The notes beneath the pieces were generated by a model. It worked only from the letters and a program-made list of their open reading frames with translations, did not search any database and was not told where the DNA came from. This document shows positions 8,479 through 17,221 of a stretch of DNA of 64,000 nt, one piece after another; position 1 is the stretch's first letter, and each line of letters opens with the position of its first letter. The stretch is from Victivallaceae bacterium (lineage in GTDB: Bacteria > Verrucomicrobiota > Lentisphaeria > Victivallales > Victivallaceae), in the NCBI GenBank assembly GCA_045653515.1, contig JAZOMB010000046.1, positions 13,114-77,113 on the forward strand, written 5' to 3'. The position numbers and the translations under genes were made by a program.

Positions 8479-9372
8479 ATGCGTTTGCAATTAGCCTTGA
8501 TCTTATCTGTCGTCTGCATAAGTGCTTACAGCGCCGGAGTGAAGAAATTCGACTATCTTGCCGGTTTCTCCAATGTTCAGGTGCTGGGTGTCGATCATCG
8601 CGGTATTCAGATCATGCACAATACCGGTATCTGCCATCTGAAAGCCGAAGACCTCAGTGACAGCGACCGTAAACTTCTGAAAGAGGAAGTTGAGTTGGTC
8701 GCCGTCAAGCAGAAGCAATATCAGGAACGGCAGGCTAAACTGAAAAAAATGAGAGCCGCTTCTGCGAAAAAAAGCAAAGCTGAATTGAAAAAGCAGACCG
8801 ATGCTCAAAACAAAGAGATCAATGCTCTGGTCAAAAAATATGCTGACAAAAGCGTCTATGATGTTGTAAAAATCTTTGAAGCCGAGTTCGGTTTGACCAA
8901 AAATGCCCGTAATATGGGACTCAAGGGCCGCGTGAAGAGCGTGGTTTCCCATCTCGAACGCAAATATCCGCTGGCGAGAAAAGTCAAACAGAGCTACCAG
9001 CCCAAAAATGTGAGCAAGACCAAGCTTGAAACCAAAACCGGAAAAGATGACAAAAAAGTTACGGTCAGAAAAACTGTTGTCATCGCGAAAAAAGAGCCGC
9101 CGGTGATGATGAATGCGCTTTCCCAGAGCATCGTGAAAAAGCGTCTCGCCTGGGAAGATAAGTATTTGAGCAAAGCCGCCGCCAAGATCAAGGCGGCAGA
9201 GGAAAAAGCCAAAGCTAAAGAAGGCGGTTCTGAAGGCGGCGGTGCCGCTGAAGAGTCTGCGCCCGCTGAATCCGATGGCGGCGCTGACGGTGGTGCCGAT
9301 GGCGGTGCCGGTGAGGGCGCCGAAGGCGGCGCCGATGGTGAAGCCGGCGGTGAAGATGGCGGCGCCGAATGA
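8479..9372 (+). CDS. secreted Lys-rich coiled-coil protein with a Gly/Ala/Asp/Glu low-complexity tail (hypothetical)
   Basis: 297 aa. Signal peptide MRLQLALILSVVCISAYS. RBS AAAGGGG upstream. C-terminus is GGADGGADGGAGEGAEGGADGEAGGEDGGAE. Confidence 0.5.
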   Translation: MRLQLALILSVVCISAYSAGVKKFDYLAGFSNVQVLGVDHRGIQIMHNTGICHLKAEDLSDSDRKLLKEEVELVAVKQKQYQERQAKLKKMRAASAKKSKAELKKQTDAQNKEINALVKKYADKSVYDVVKIFEAEFGLTKNARNMGLKGRVKSVVSHLERKYPLARKVKQSYQPKNVSKTKLETKTGKDDKKVTVRKTVVIAKKEPPVMMNALSQSIVKKRLAWEDKYLSKAAAKIKAAEEKAKAKEGGSEGGGAAEESAPAESDGGADGGADGGAGEGAEGGADGEAGGEDGGAE

Positions 9373-9429
9373 AAAATCCTCTTGATTTGCTGAAAAACAT
9401 TTGCCTGATTTTATTGAAAAAATATTGAT

Positions 9430-11457
9430 ATGAAAAAAATTGATGTATTGAATCTTGCCAATCCCTTCTGGGGTAATGCCGGAACGGCGTCGCCCGCCGC
9501 AGAAGGAATGGCGCGCAACTGGAACTGGCTCAAAGCTCAAACCGGCAACACCCATCCCGGAGCATTGCTCCCCTGCGGCTGGGTGAGCGCGGTTCCTTAT
9601 TCCGGAGGATATTCCTGCGGCTACGGTATTACCGGAGTCTCAAGTACGGGCCCGGCTCCGGTGGCTTTTGATCGGAAATATGCCTGGGGTATAAGTCACT
9701 TCCACACCAGCGGTGTCGGTTATCTCGGCTATTTTTACAACTATTTTCTGGTGACTGCGGCAATTGAAACAGCAGATATTTCAAAGCGTTCCTGTCTGGA
9801 TAATGAAAATGCGCATCCGGGATATTATTCCGGAACGATGAGCTGTTACGGTGTCGATTTCGAACTGACTGCGGGCAAGTATGCCGCGTTCCACCGTTAC
9901 AGTTTTGCCGATGACAAGGCAATGATCTGCCTTGACGTCAAGCAGCTCGGTTTGGCAGGTGAATTGCTCGGCAACCGCAAACGTGAAGTCATCGAGAAGT
10001 GGAGTCTGGATCAGGACGGTTGCGGAAGTTATTCCGGAAGCGTCACCGGCAACGGAATCGAGATTTTTTATGCGGTGAAGTTTTCCGGTAATATCACTTC
10101 TGAAAGCATCGAAAACGGCGTCGCGGAAATGAAGCTCGCCGGAAAAAATGCCGGAGCGGTGCTTGCATTTTCTCTTTGCAATGTTGATGAAGCCAAAGCC
10201 CGCCTCGCTGAAGCCGTGGAACTCGGTTTTGACCGGGCAAAAGAGAACGCTGAAGCACAATGGATGAAGCGTTTGAGCGCTGTCCGGGCGGAGTTCGCCA
10301 AAGAGTCCGATGCAAGAATTTTTTACAGCGCACTCTATCATTCGCTTTTGAAGCCGGTCGATGCCGGTTGTGAGTATACCGATTTTCAGACGATGTGGGA
10401 TGTGTACCGCACCCAGCTGCCGCTGGTGTTTGCGACCGCCCCCGATCTGGGAAAACAGATCACCGAATCTATGATCAAAACGATTGAGCGTTTCGGCTTC
10501 TTCCCTAACGGCTATATGATGACCAATGATTATCACCATGACGACAATCAGGCGACCTCTTTGGTGATCTACACCTTGTGTGACGGCTTCAACCGTGGTT
10601 TCATCCGCGATTATGCGCGGTTGAAAAACGCTTTTGTAACCGAATTCGGCCACGCGGATATCTCTGACAAGTCCCCCACGCACCGGCTGGATATGGCAGG
10701 CGCATTGCGGGCGGCTTCCGATGTGGCGATGCGTTGCGGCGACGAAGAGTATGCCGCCAATCTGCGCAAGGAAAGCGAAGTCTGGAAGACCGCTTATGAT
10801 GCTGAAACCGGACTTATGATCGAAGATGCGGTCTACTACGAAGGAACGCATTGGAACTACTCTTTCCGTCCGCATACCCAGATGAGCGAGCGTGTCGCGC
10901 TTGCCGGCGGGGTGGAAAAGTTCAATGAGCTGCTGGATAAGTTTTTCGGTGCCGATATGCCGTGTGAAACGGAACCCGGAGATCGTTTGACCATCCACAA
11001 CCGCTTTGAGGGTATGAACAACGAGTCCGATATGGAAACTCCGTACTGTTATTTGTGGGCGGGCCGCAGCGACCGTCTGGCGGAAGTCTGCGATCTGGTG
11101 CGGCGTTGCCGTTTCTGCGAAGGTGACGGCGGATGTCCCGGTAATAACGACTCCGGCGGTTTGAGTTCGTGGTATGTCTGGTGCGTGCTGGGTATCTATC
11201 CCTTTACCGGAAGCCGTTACTATCTTCTTGGTTCACCCTCGGTCGATTATGCAGAGGTCGATCTGCCCAACGGCACGTTGAAGATCGAAGTTGAACGCGA
11301 AAGCCCGACGGCGATCTATCCGGCAGGTTACGAATTCAACGGTATGGATTTTGCCGAACCGTGGCTGCCTTTGGATTGCATTGAACGCGGTGGAACGCTG
11401 AAGTTCCGTTTGAGCGACAAGTCAGCGGGAAAATCTCCGATCCCCGAGTGGCTGTAA
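9430..11457 (+). CDS. glycoside hydrolase family 92-like (alpha-mannosidase type), no signal peptide
   Basis: 675 aa. Motifs TGNTHPGALLPCG, GISHFHTSGVGY and PGNNDSGGLSSWYVWCVLGIYPF match blocks I recall as conserved in GH92. Confidence 0.65.
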   Translation: MKKIDVLNLANPFWGNAGTASPAAEGMARNWNWLKAQTGNTHPGALLPCGWVSAVPYSGGYSCGYGITGVSSTGPAPVAFDRKYAWGISHFHTSGVGYLGYFYNYFLVTAAIETADISKRSCLDNENAHPGYYSGTMSCYGVDFELTAGKYAAFHRYSFADDKAMICLDVKQLGLAGELLGNRKREVIEKWSLDQDGCGSYSGSVTGNGIEIFYAVKFSGNITSESIENGVAEMKLAGKNAGAVLAFSLCNVDEAKARLAEAVELGFDRAKENAEAQWMKRLSAVRAEFAKESDARIFYSALYHSLLKPVDAGCEYTDFQTMWDVYRTQLPLVFATAPDLGKQITESMIKTIERFGFFPNGYMMTNDYHHDDNQATSLVIYTLCDGFNRGFIRDYARLKNAFVTEFGHADISDKSPTHRLDMAGALRAASDVAMRCGDEEYAANLRKESEVWKTAYDAETGLMIEDAVYYEGTHWNYSFRPHTQMSERVALAGGVEKFNELLDKFFGADMPCETEPGDRLTIHNRFEGMNNESDMETPYCYLWAGRSDRLAEVCDLVRRCRFCEGDGGCPGNNDSGGLSSWYVWCVLGIYPFTGSRYYLLGSPSVDYAEVDLPNGTLKIEVERESPTAIYPAGYEFNGMDFAEPWLPLDCIERGGTLKFRLSDKSAGKSPIPEWL

Positions 11458-11498
11458 AAAAAACGCGCTGCTGCCCTGATGGCTGCAGCGCTTTTTTT
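11455..11498. terminator. bidirectional intrinsic terminator between convergent genes
   Basis: An A-run, stem GCGCTGC...GCAGCGC with inner GCC/GGC pairs, then a T-run. It serves 9430-11457 (+) and 11497-12174 (-). Confidence 0.65.
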
Positions 11499-12174
11499 AT
11501 GCCTGTGCTGAAATTACGGCAAACTTGCCGCACAGATAGATACATTCGGTATTTTTAAAGCCGCATTGCTCAAGCATAGCGATTTCTTGAGATATTGAAC
11601 ACTCCCGGTCAAGTTTGCGGCGCTCTTGCCAGCGGGCAAGTTCCGTTTCAGATAGTCCGCTGCGATAAATACCATCGATCCAGTAACGGTTGACTTGCGC
11701 ATCCATTTCAGCTGAATCACAGCAGAATTGGTCATAATTGATAAAGCATCCGCCTGATGGAAGTTTCTGTTTGAGATTGCGGAAAAGCTCCAATTTCTGA
11801 TTATTTTCCAAGTGGTGAATGGAGAGCGCGGAGATTGCCAGATCAAACTCTGTTTCAGGCAGAGTGCTGGTGTAGTCAAGACGCTGAAAAGTTATATTTT
11901 TTACCCCGGAGAAACGCTGTTTTGCCACATTGAGCATCTCATCGGCAACGTCGGTCAAAATGTATTCTGCATCGGGAAAATGGCGGTAAAAATACATTGA
12001 AAGCAAGCCGGTTCCGGCTCCGAGATCGACAACGCGGCGGGGGCAGGGGAGGAACGAAGCGGCAAAGGCGGTCGTGCCTTCATAAAAATCATCGAAACAG
12101 GGGATGAAGTGCCGCCGCCCGGAATCATATTCGCGGGCAACGAGATTGAATTGAGCTTCAATGGAATCGGTCAT
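11497..12174 (-). CDS. class I SAM-dependent methyltransferase
   Basis: 225 aa. Motif I VVDLGAGTGLLS. Its start overlaps the stop of 12171-13025 by 4 nt. Confidence 0.8.
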   Translation of the reverse strand: MTDSIEAQFNLVAREYDSGRRHFIPCFDDFYEGTTAFAASFLPCPRRVVDLGAGTGLLSMYFYRHFPDAEYILTDVADEMLNVAKQRFSGVKNITFQRLDYTSTLPETEFDLAISALSIHHLENNQKLELFRNLKQKLPSGGCFINYDQFCCDSAEMDAQVNRYWIDGIYRSGLSETELARWQERRKLDRECSISQEIAMLEQCGFKNTECIYLCGKFAVISAQA

Positions 12175-13025
12175 TTGGTCTTCTCCGGAGCTGGTGATTG
12201 GCGAAGGTCGGCGGTTTGAACTTTTTTGCTGTCGACATAGATGATGTTGTCACCGTCAAGCTGAGCCTTTTTTTCGTCATAAAAGGTGAAAGTGTCGCCT
12301 TTTATATCCCATTTGGAAATAAAAGGGAATTCACATCTGGTGTGAACGAGAAGCTTGCCATTCACAAGTTCGCACAGATAGACGGTGGAGAAATCATCAT
12401 TACCTGAATAGAGACGATCGGTGCGGATCACGGCGAAGTCGCGGTTTTTGAAAGTGAAGGTGTCTTTGGGGTAGACGATGGTGTAATAATTATCTTCCAA
12501 AGATTTTTCATCAATGGAAAATTCCGCTTTGCCCTGTCTGAAGTAAATCGATTTTTTGCCGATGATAAGATCGGCATCTTTGATGCGGTTCCAGCGCTTT
12601 TCGGCAGCCGCATCGAGCAGCAGGACGGCGACGAATTGATTGATGTGGTCAGCAATATGGCTGTAAAGGTGCATCCCGAAAACGGAACCCCGGTCTTCGC
12701 GCGGAGTGTCGTGGATCTGCCGTTCTTTCTGACTGAGATCATGAAAATCGGAGAGGATTTTCAGACGTTCATCCTGATTACGGGTGTGTCGGAGCTTGTA
12801 ATCCAGAGCGCGGAAGAGCTGCTGTTCGGCAACGGCGCGGGAATTTCCGGCGGCGCCGACAAGTTCAACGGTGGTAAAAGCTTCATCAGAGATTTTTTCA
12901 GCTTCGGCATCTTCCTGTTGAAACTTTTTGAGCAGAGCTTCTTTTTCTCCGGAACAGAGAAGCCCGATGCCAATGCCGATGCAAAGAACGGTAAGTCCCA
13001 CGCCGATAATGACAAGTTTTTTCAT
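12171..13025 (-). CDS. membrane-anchored hypothetical protein
   Basis: 284 aa with an N-terminal TM helix IIGVGLTVLCIGIGIGLL. RBS AAGGAG. Own promoter TTGATT, 16 nt, TATATT just upstream. Confidence 0.5.
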   Translation of the reverse strand: MKKLVIIGVGLTVLCIGIGIGLLCSGEKEALLKKFQQEDAEAEKISDEAFTTVELVGAAGNSRAVAEQQLFRALDYKLRHTRNQDERLKILSDFHDLSQKERQIHDTPREDRGSVFGMHLYSHIADHINQFVAVLLLDAAAEKRWNRIKDADLIIGKKSIYFRQGKAEFSIDEKSLEDNYYTIVYPKDTFTFKNRDFAVIRTDRLYSGNDDFSTVYLCELVNGKLLVHTRCEFPFISKWDIKGDTFTFYDEKKAQLDGDNIIYVDSKKVQTADLRQSPAPEKTK

Positions 13026-13113
13026 AATATTATTTCTCCTTGAGATGGGTAATATACCTCTGAAGTATGAAAAATCAAGTAAGGTTATTGGTTTTTATGA
13101 GTTTTTTCAGGTG

Positions 13114-13137
13114 ATAAAAACACCGCCGTCAGGCGGT
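13114..13137 (-). terminator. intrinsic terminator ending the pentapeptide/AAA+ transcription unit
   Basis: Minus strand reads ACCGCC-TGAC-GGCGGT followed by GTTTTTAT. Confidence 0.5.
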
Positions 13138-13324
13138 ACAGTAAAACTGCCGTTTGCATATTGCACACAGGGAGAAAAACAATATGCACCCCACCCGCAA
13201 TTTTGAAAGTACCGCCCTCCGGCGTAAAAAAGAATCTGCCGTGCTTCAGCGGCGCCTCACGCCTGCCGGGATTTATCCCGGCGACGACCGTGAGGCGCGC
13301 TCCGCCAAAGCGAGATCGCTCCGT

Positions 13325-15649
13325 TCAAAAGCCCATTTTCTGGACTACAGCTCCGAGTCCGGTGTAGTTGCTGCCGGAGGTTTTGGAGATGATCTCGGTT
13401 TCCAGAGCCTCGATGATCTCCATATTGGAGAGTTTGTCGTCTTCCAGATAGAAGAACTGGCGGCGGACATTGCAGAAGTCCGAGGGGGTCATACTCTCGA
13501 TGGCAAAGAGCCGCTGTTTTTCTTCTTCGTTGAGTTCGGCGAGCTTCATCGGTACGGTGAAGTAGGTGCGGAAGAAGGTTTCCTTGCCCTCATTGAGCAG
13601 ATAGTCGAAGTGGAGCCGGAAGCTGAAGCGGCGGAGCGCGGCAGGGTCAAGTTTCTGGATGAAGTTGGTGGAAACGATGACGATGGCGCGGGTGCGTTCC
13701 ATCTCGGAAAGGAGCGTGTTGACCTGCGAAACTTCGTAAGTGCGGACTGCACCATCACGGCTTGAGAGCAGGGAGTCTGCTTCATCGAGCAGAAGCACTT
13801 CATCGTTGGCTTCGGCTTCGGCAAAGGCGGCGGCGATGCGCTGTTCAGTGCCGCCGACGAAGCAGTTGAGAAGGTCGCTGGCGTTTTTGACACAGAGCTT
13901 TTTGCCGAGTTGTTTGCTCAAGTATTTGGCAAATTCGGTTTTGCCCGCGCCGCTGCGGCCGTGCAGCAGGATCGCCATACGGGGCTGATCGCGGTTGCCG
14001 TTGAGATTGGCGGCGGCATCAATGAACTTTTTGCAGGCATCGATCAGACGCGGCAGTTTGATGCCGCTTTTGATGTTGAGGCCGTCAAGCGAATAGTCGC
14101 GGGCAGGTTCATTGAGCTCTTCGGGGGACTCCTGAATACCGAGCAGGGCGCAGTGAGCTTTGATGAAGGTCATAACCTCTTTTTCAAAGTCCAGCGCAGG
14201 ATCCTGAGCGCAGACAAGCGAAGCGTTTTTCACCGCAAGCGAGATGCCGCCGGGGTTGACCGGATAACGGGAGCTGACATTATTGATGAAATCATCGCTG
14301 AGCTTGTCTTTGCAGTTGTAGAAGTCAAGGGCGTTCTTCCAGACATAGGTGCGGGCGGTCGAGGAAAGGTCATCGAAGTAGATGCTGTAATCGAATCTGC
14401 GGCGCGAAGAGGGGTCGATTGCTTCCTGACGGCTGTTGCACAAAAAGAGAACGGTGTGGGTGTTGTTGTCCAGCACGCTGTTGAGCATACCTTTGGCTTC
14501 ACCGTCGCGGCTTCCGGCGATGTCGCCGCCGAAGATACGGGAGAAGAGTCCGCCGCCCCAGCTGGAGTTTTCCAGAAGACGGTCGGCTTCGTCAATGACC
14601 AGAATGGATTTTTCGGCATCGATCTGCTTCTGGGCAACCGCGAGCGCAGCGTAGCGGAACGCGGCGCTGTAGTTGGTGCGGCGGGTATCTTCGTCGTTCT
14701 GGGCGATGAAGTAGAGGTCTTTGCCGAGATCCGCGGCGAGACTTTTTGCGAAGCTGGTTTTGCCGCCGCCCGGAATACCGAAGCACAATACGGCAACTCC
14801 GTTGTCGGGCTTTTTGCTGCGGATCATCTTTTTGAGCACTTCGCCGTGTTTTTCGGCGAGTTTGCCATGGAAGTGCCAGGGCAGAACATCTTTGCCGTCA
14901 AACTTGGTCCAGAAACGTTCCGAAAGGGGACGGGAGTTGATACCGGACAGGAATGCCATAAAAGTCCGGTCGAGGTCGAGATCGCTGTCGACCAGACCGT
15001 ATTTGCGGATGTTGCCGGAATCGTTGAGCAGTTCAGCAGCTTCCACATCCTGAACGCCGAGCATTCGCGCCAGAGCGGTGATCTTTTCGCCGGAGTTGTA
15101 CCTGCCGATGTCAAAATCGCCCAGGTCAAAAGCGCGGGTCTGGGAAAGGAAGACCATCATAATCAAACGGAGTTCAAGCTCGTTCAGACCGAAGAGTTCT
15201 TTCATTTCAAGGAAGCGCAGTTCGATGGCGGATTTGCTGCGTTCCGGAACATCCAGAGCCGCCTGATATTCCGTCAGACGTTTTTCATAGATCGCCAGAA
15301 GGCCGCGCCACATCTTTTTTCTGTAAACCGGGTTCCGGCTCAGATAGGAGAGAATATCGTCCGGATCGTCATCACAAACGACAGGAGGCGTGCGGTGATT
15401 TCTGGCGCTGGCAATACTGCGGCGGTTTTCGGGGGAGAGGATCTTGTCATAGAGTTCGCTCAATTCCGCAGTGGTGATGTATTCCGCCAGGGCGCGGAAC
15501 CAGTCGTTGTCGTGACTGGTTCTGACGCCGATGACAGAGAGGATATTTTTGATCGCGAGAACGGCGTGGTAGTTCTTGTAGAGGTTGACACCGTTTCCGA
15601 AAAGGCGTTCATTTTCAACGCGGGAGATGAGGGAGCTGGAAGAAGCCAT
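13325..15649 (-). CDS. tandem (type II) AAA+ ATPase with a roughly 280-aa N-terminal domain
   Basis: 774 aa. Module 1 has Walker A GIPGGGKTSF and Walker B ILVIDEAD. Module 2 has Walker A GRSGAGKTEF and Walker B VLLLDEADSLL, with a classic-AAA-like context. Confidence 0.85.
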   Translation of the reverse strand: MASSSSLISRVENERLFGNGVNLYKNYHAVLAIKNILSVIGVRTSHDNDWFRALAEYITTAELSELYDKILSPENRRSIASARNHRTPPVVCDDDPDDILSYLSRNPVYRKKMWRGLLAIYEKRLTEYQAALDVPERSKSAIELRFLEMKELFGLNELELRLIMMVFLSQTRAFDLGDFDIGRYNSGEKITALARMLGVQDVEAAELLNDSGNIRKYGLVDSDLDLDRTFMAFLSGINSRPLSERFWTKFDGKDVLPWHFHGKLAEKHGEVLKKMIRSKKPDNGVAVLCFGIPGGGKTSFAKSLAADLGKDLYFIAQNDEDTRRTNYSAAFRYAALAVAQKQIDAEKSILVIDEADRLLENSSWGGGLFSRIFGGDIAGSRDGEAKGMLNSVLDNNTHTVLFLCNSRQEAIDPSSRRRFDYSIYFDDLSSTARTYVWKNALDFYNCKDKLSDDFINNVSSRYPVNPGGISLAVKNASLVCAQDPALDFEKEVMTFIKAHCALLGIQESPEELNEPARDYSLDGLNIKSGIKLPRLIDACKKFIDAAANLNGNRDQPRMAILLHGRSGAGKTEFAKYLSKQLGKKLCVKNASDLLNCFVGGTEQRIAAAFAEAEANDEVLLLDEADSLLSSRDGAVRTYEVSQVNTLLSEMERTRAIVIVSTNFIQKLDPAALRRFSFRLHFDYLLNEGKETFFRTYFTVPMKLAELNEEEKQRLFAIESMTPSDFCNVRRQFFYLEDDKLSNMEIIEALETEIISKTSGSNYTGLGAVVQKMGF

Positions 15650-15692
15650 AGCAGTAGTGTTCCTTTCTTTGCTGTTTTATTATAGAAATTTA

Positions 15693-16418
15693 TTATTCAA
15701 AGTCCAAATCGAAATCGTCGTCGTCATCATCATTGCCGGTGGCGACCGTGACCCCCGAGGAGCCGGAGATATTGAGCGATCTCATACCGCAGGCAACGAA
15801 GTCGAGCTGAGTTGCATCGGTAGAATACCAGTCGGAATCAGTAAGGACGCAGTTTTTCAGGGTGCCTTTGAAACGGCCGTCGACAAATTCCGCGCGGTGG
15901 AAGTCGCAGGATTCAGCGCAGATGGTCAAATCGGGACAGTAGTTGACCTCCATAGCTTCACCGGAACAGCTGTTGAAAGTGAGGTTTGCAAGGGTGTGGT
16001 GGAATTCCGCACCGTGGAGGTGACAGCTGTTGAACTGCGCCGATCCGGAAGCAAAGTCAAAGCTGCAGGAATCCATAAAGCAGTTGTCGAAACGCACATT
16101 GTCCATGACGGCATAATCCATCTCGGAGCGGTTGAGTTTGCAACGGATGAAGGTGACGTTTTCCAGTTCAGTGTAGTTCCACCCGGTACCTTCCAAGTTA
16201 ACATTGACGAAGGTGACATCGGTGAGGCGGGAGAAGTTGAACTCGGCGGAGCGGGCAAGCGATTTGTTTTCGATGCGGGCGTTGGCAAGTTCAATGTTCT
16301 GGAAGTTGTCCTCATCGTTCCTGGCGTTGGAGGCGCTGGAGCGGTCGGCCTGTTTGATGAATTCGGCTTCGGTCATAATGTTGCGGGCGGCGGCGGTGTT
16401 GACGGCGGTGTTGTCCAT
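15693..16418 (-). CDS. pentapeptide-repeat protein with a poly-Asp C-terminal tail
   Basis: 241 aa. About 30 consecutive five-residue repeats with a hydrophobic centre (for example NFSRL TDVTF VNVNL ... NVTFI RCKLN). It ends GNDDDDDDFDLDFE. RBS AAGGAG. It lies 43 nt upstream of the AAA+ gene. Confidence 0.85.
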   Translation of the reverse strand: MDNTAVNTAAARNIMTEAEFIKQADRSSASNARNDEDNFQNIELANARIENKSLARSAEFNFSRLTDVTFVNVNLEGTGWNYTELENVTFIRCKLNRSEMDYAVMDNVRFDNCFMDSCSFDFASGSAQFNSCHLHGAEFHHTLANLTFNSCSGEAMEVNYCPDLTICAESCDFHRAEFVDGRFKGTLKNCVLTDSDWYSTDATQLDFVACGMRSLNISGSSGVTVATGNDDDDDDFDLDFE

Positions 16419-16465
16419 GGTGATTCTCCTTTTTGTTGTTGTCTGGACCTAATATAGTGCGGGAC

Positions 16466-16486
16466 CCCGGACATTTTTTGTCCGGG
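16466..16486. promoter_or_regulatory. 8-bp perfect palindrome in the promoter/leader of the pentapeptide-AAA+ operon
   Basis: CCCGGACA-TTTTT-TGTCCGGG, 48 nt upstream of the ATG at 16418. It abuts the only -35-like TTGCAA (16508-16513) that has a weak -10. Confidence 0.35.
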
Positions 16487-16538
16487 ATAGGCGTTGTGGA
16501 TAATTTTTTGCAATTTTTTTATGCCGTTGACGGGAGAT

Positions 16539-16567
16539 TTGCAAAAAAGATCATACGGTGATATATT
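16539..16567 (+). promoter_or_regulatory. sigma70-type promoter of the acetyltransferase gene
   Basis: TTGCAA (16539-16544), 17 nt, TATATT (16562-16567). Confidence 0.5.
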
Positions 16568-16614
16568 ATAACTTACTTTCAAAGTATATAATATTGTAAA
16601 TTAGGGAATAACTT

Positions 16615-17121
16615 ATGAGAATGTTGTTTTATATTTTTTTCAAATTGTCTTCCAAGATAAACCGCTTGAAATCACATATCCGGGGATACTATTATTCCAA
16701 AATTTTCAAAAGCTGCGGTAAAAAGCGCCCATTCATCAACCGGCAGGTGGTTTTCAGTTGTCCGCAAAACATTGAATGCGGTTCAAATGTCATCATCAAT
16801 CCGCAATGTTATTTTGCCGCAAAGGGCGGCATCGTTCTGGGAGATGGGGTTACCCTCTCTGCCGGGGCGAAGGTTTTGAGCAGTTCGCTGAAAATTGAAG
16901 ACGGCATTATTCAGAGACGTCATATCCACAAACAGGTAGTTCTCGGTGCGGGAGTCTGGCTCGGTGCCGGTGCAATGGTTTGCCCGGGTGTCACGGTCGG
17001 AGAGAACAGTATTATTGCCGCCGGGGCTGTCGTTACCAAAGATATTCCTGCCAACTCTGTTGCCGCAGGTGTTCCTGCAAAAGTTATCCGCAATCTTGAT
17101 GTTGCCGAACCGGTGAAATAA
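16615..17121 (+). CDS. hexapeptide-repeat (left-handed beta-helix) O-acetyltransferase
   Basis: 168 aa. Repeats VGENSIIAAGAVVTKDIPANSVAAGVPAKVIR are typical of the LacA/Maa/WcaF type. Confidence 0.8.
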   Translation: MRMLFYIFFKLSSKINRLKSHIRGYYYSKIFKSCGKKRPFINRQVVFSCPQNIECGSNVIINPQCYFAAKGGIVLGDGVTLSAGAKVLSSSLKIEDGIIQRRHIHKQVVLGAGVWLGAGAMVCPGVTVGENSIIAAGAVVTKDIPANSVAAGVPAKVIRNLDVAEPVK

Positions 17122-17136
17122 ACTGTTTTACAAGGC

Positions 17137-17160
17137 AAAAAAAATCCGCCGGACGGCGGA
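17137..17160 (-). terminator. intrinsic terminator (minus-strand reading)
   Basis: Minus strand reads TCCGCC-GTCC-GGCGGA followed by TTTTTTTT. It lies downstream of 17222-18499. Confidence 0.5.
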
Positions 17161-17175
17161 TGAAAATAAAAATTT

Positions 17176-17216
17176 AAGCCTGACTGGAATTTTTTTCCGG
17201 TCAGGCTTGATTTTTT
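17176..17216 (+). terminator. intrinsic terminator after the acetyltransferase gene
   Basis: AAGCCTGACTGG-loop-CCGGTCAGGCTT followed by GATTTTTT. Confidence 0.6.
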
Positions 17217-17221
17217 CAGCA

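Noticed and set aside
13910-15685. 591-aa ORF on the plus strand opposite the AAA+ ATPase gene
   Set aside because: It is a shadow ORF. The product is a monotonous Gly/Ala/Val/Asp/Phe-rich sequence with no motifs, RBS or promoter, while the minus-strand frame carries two complete Walker A/B sets.
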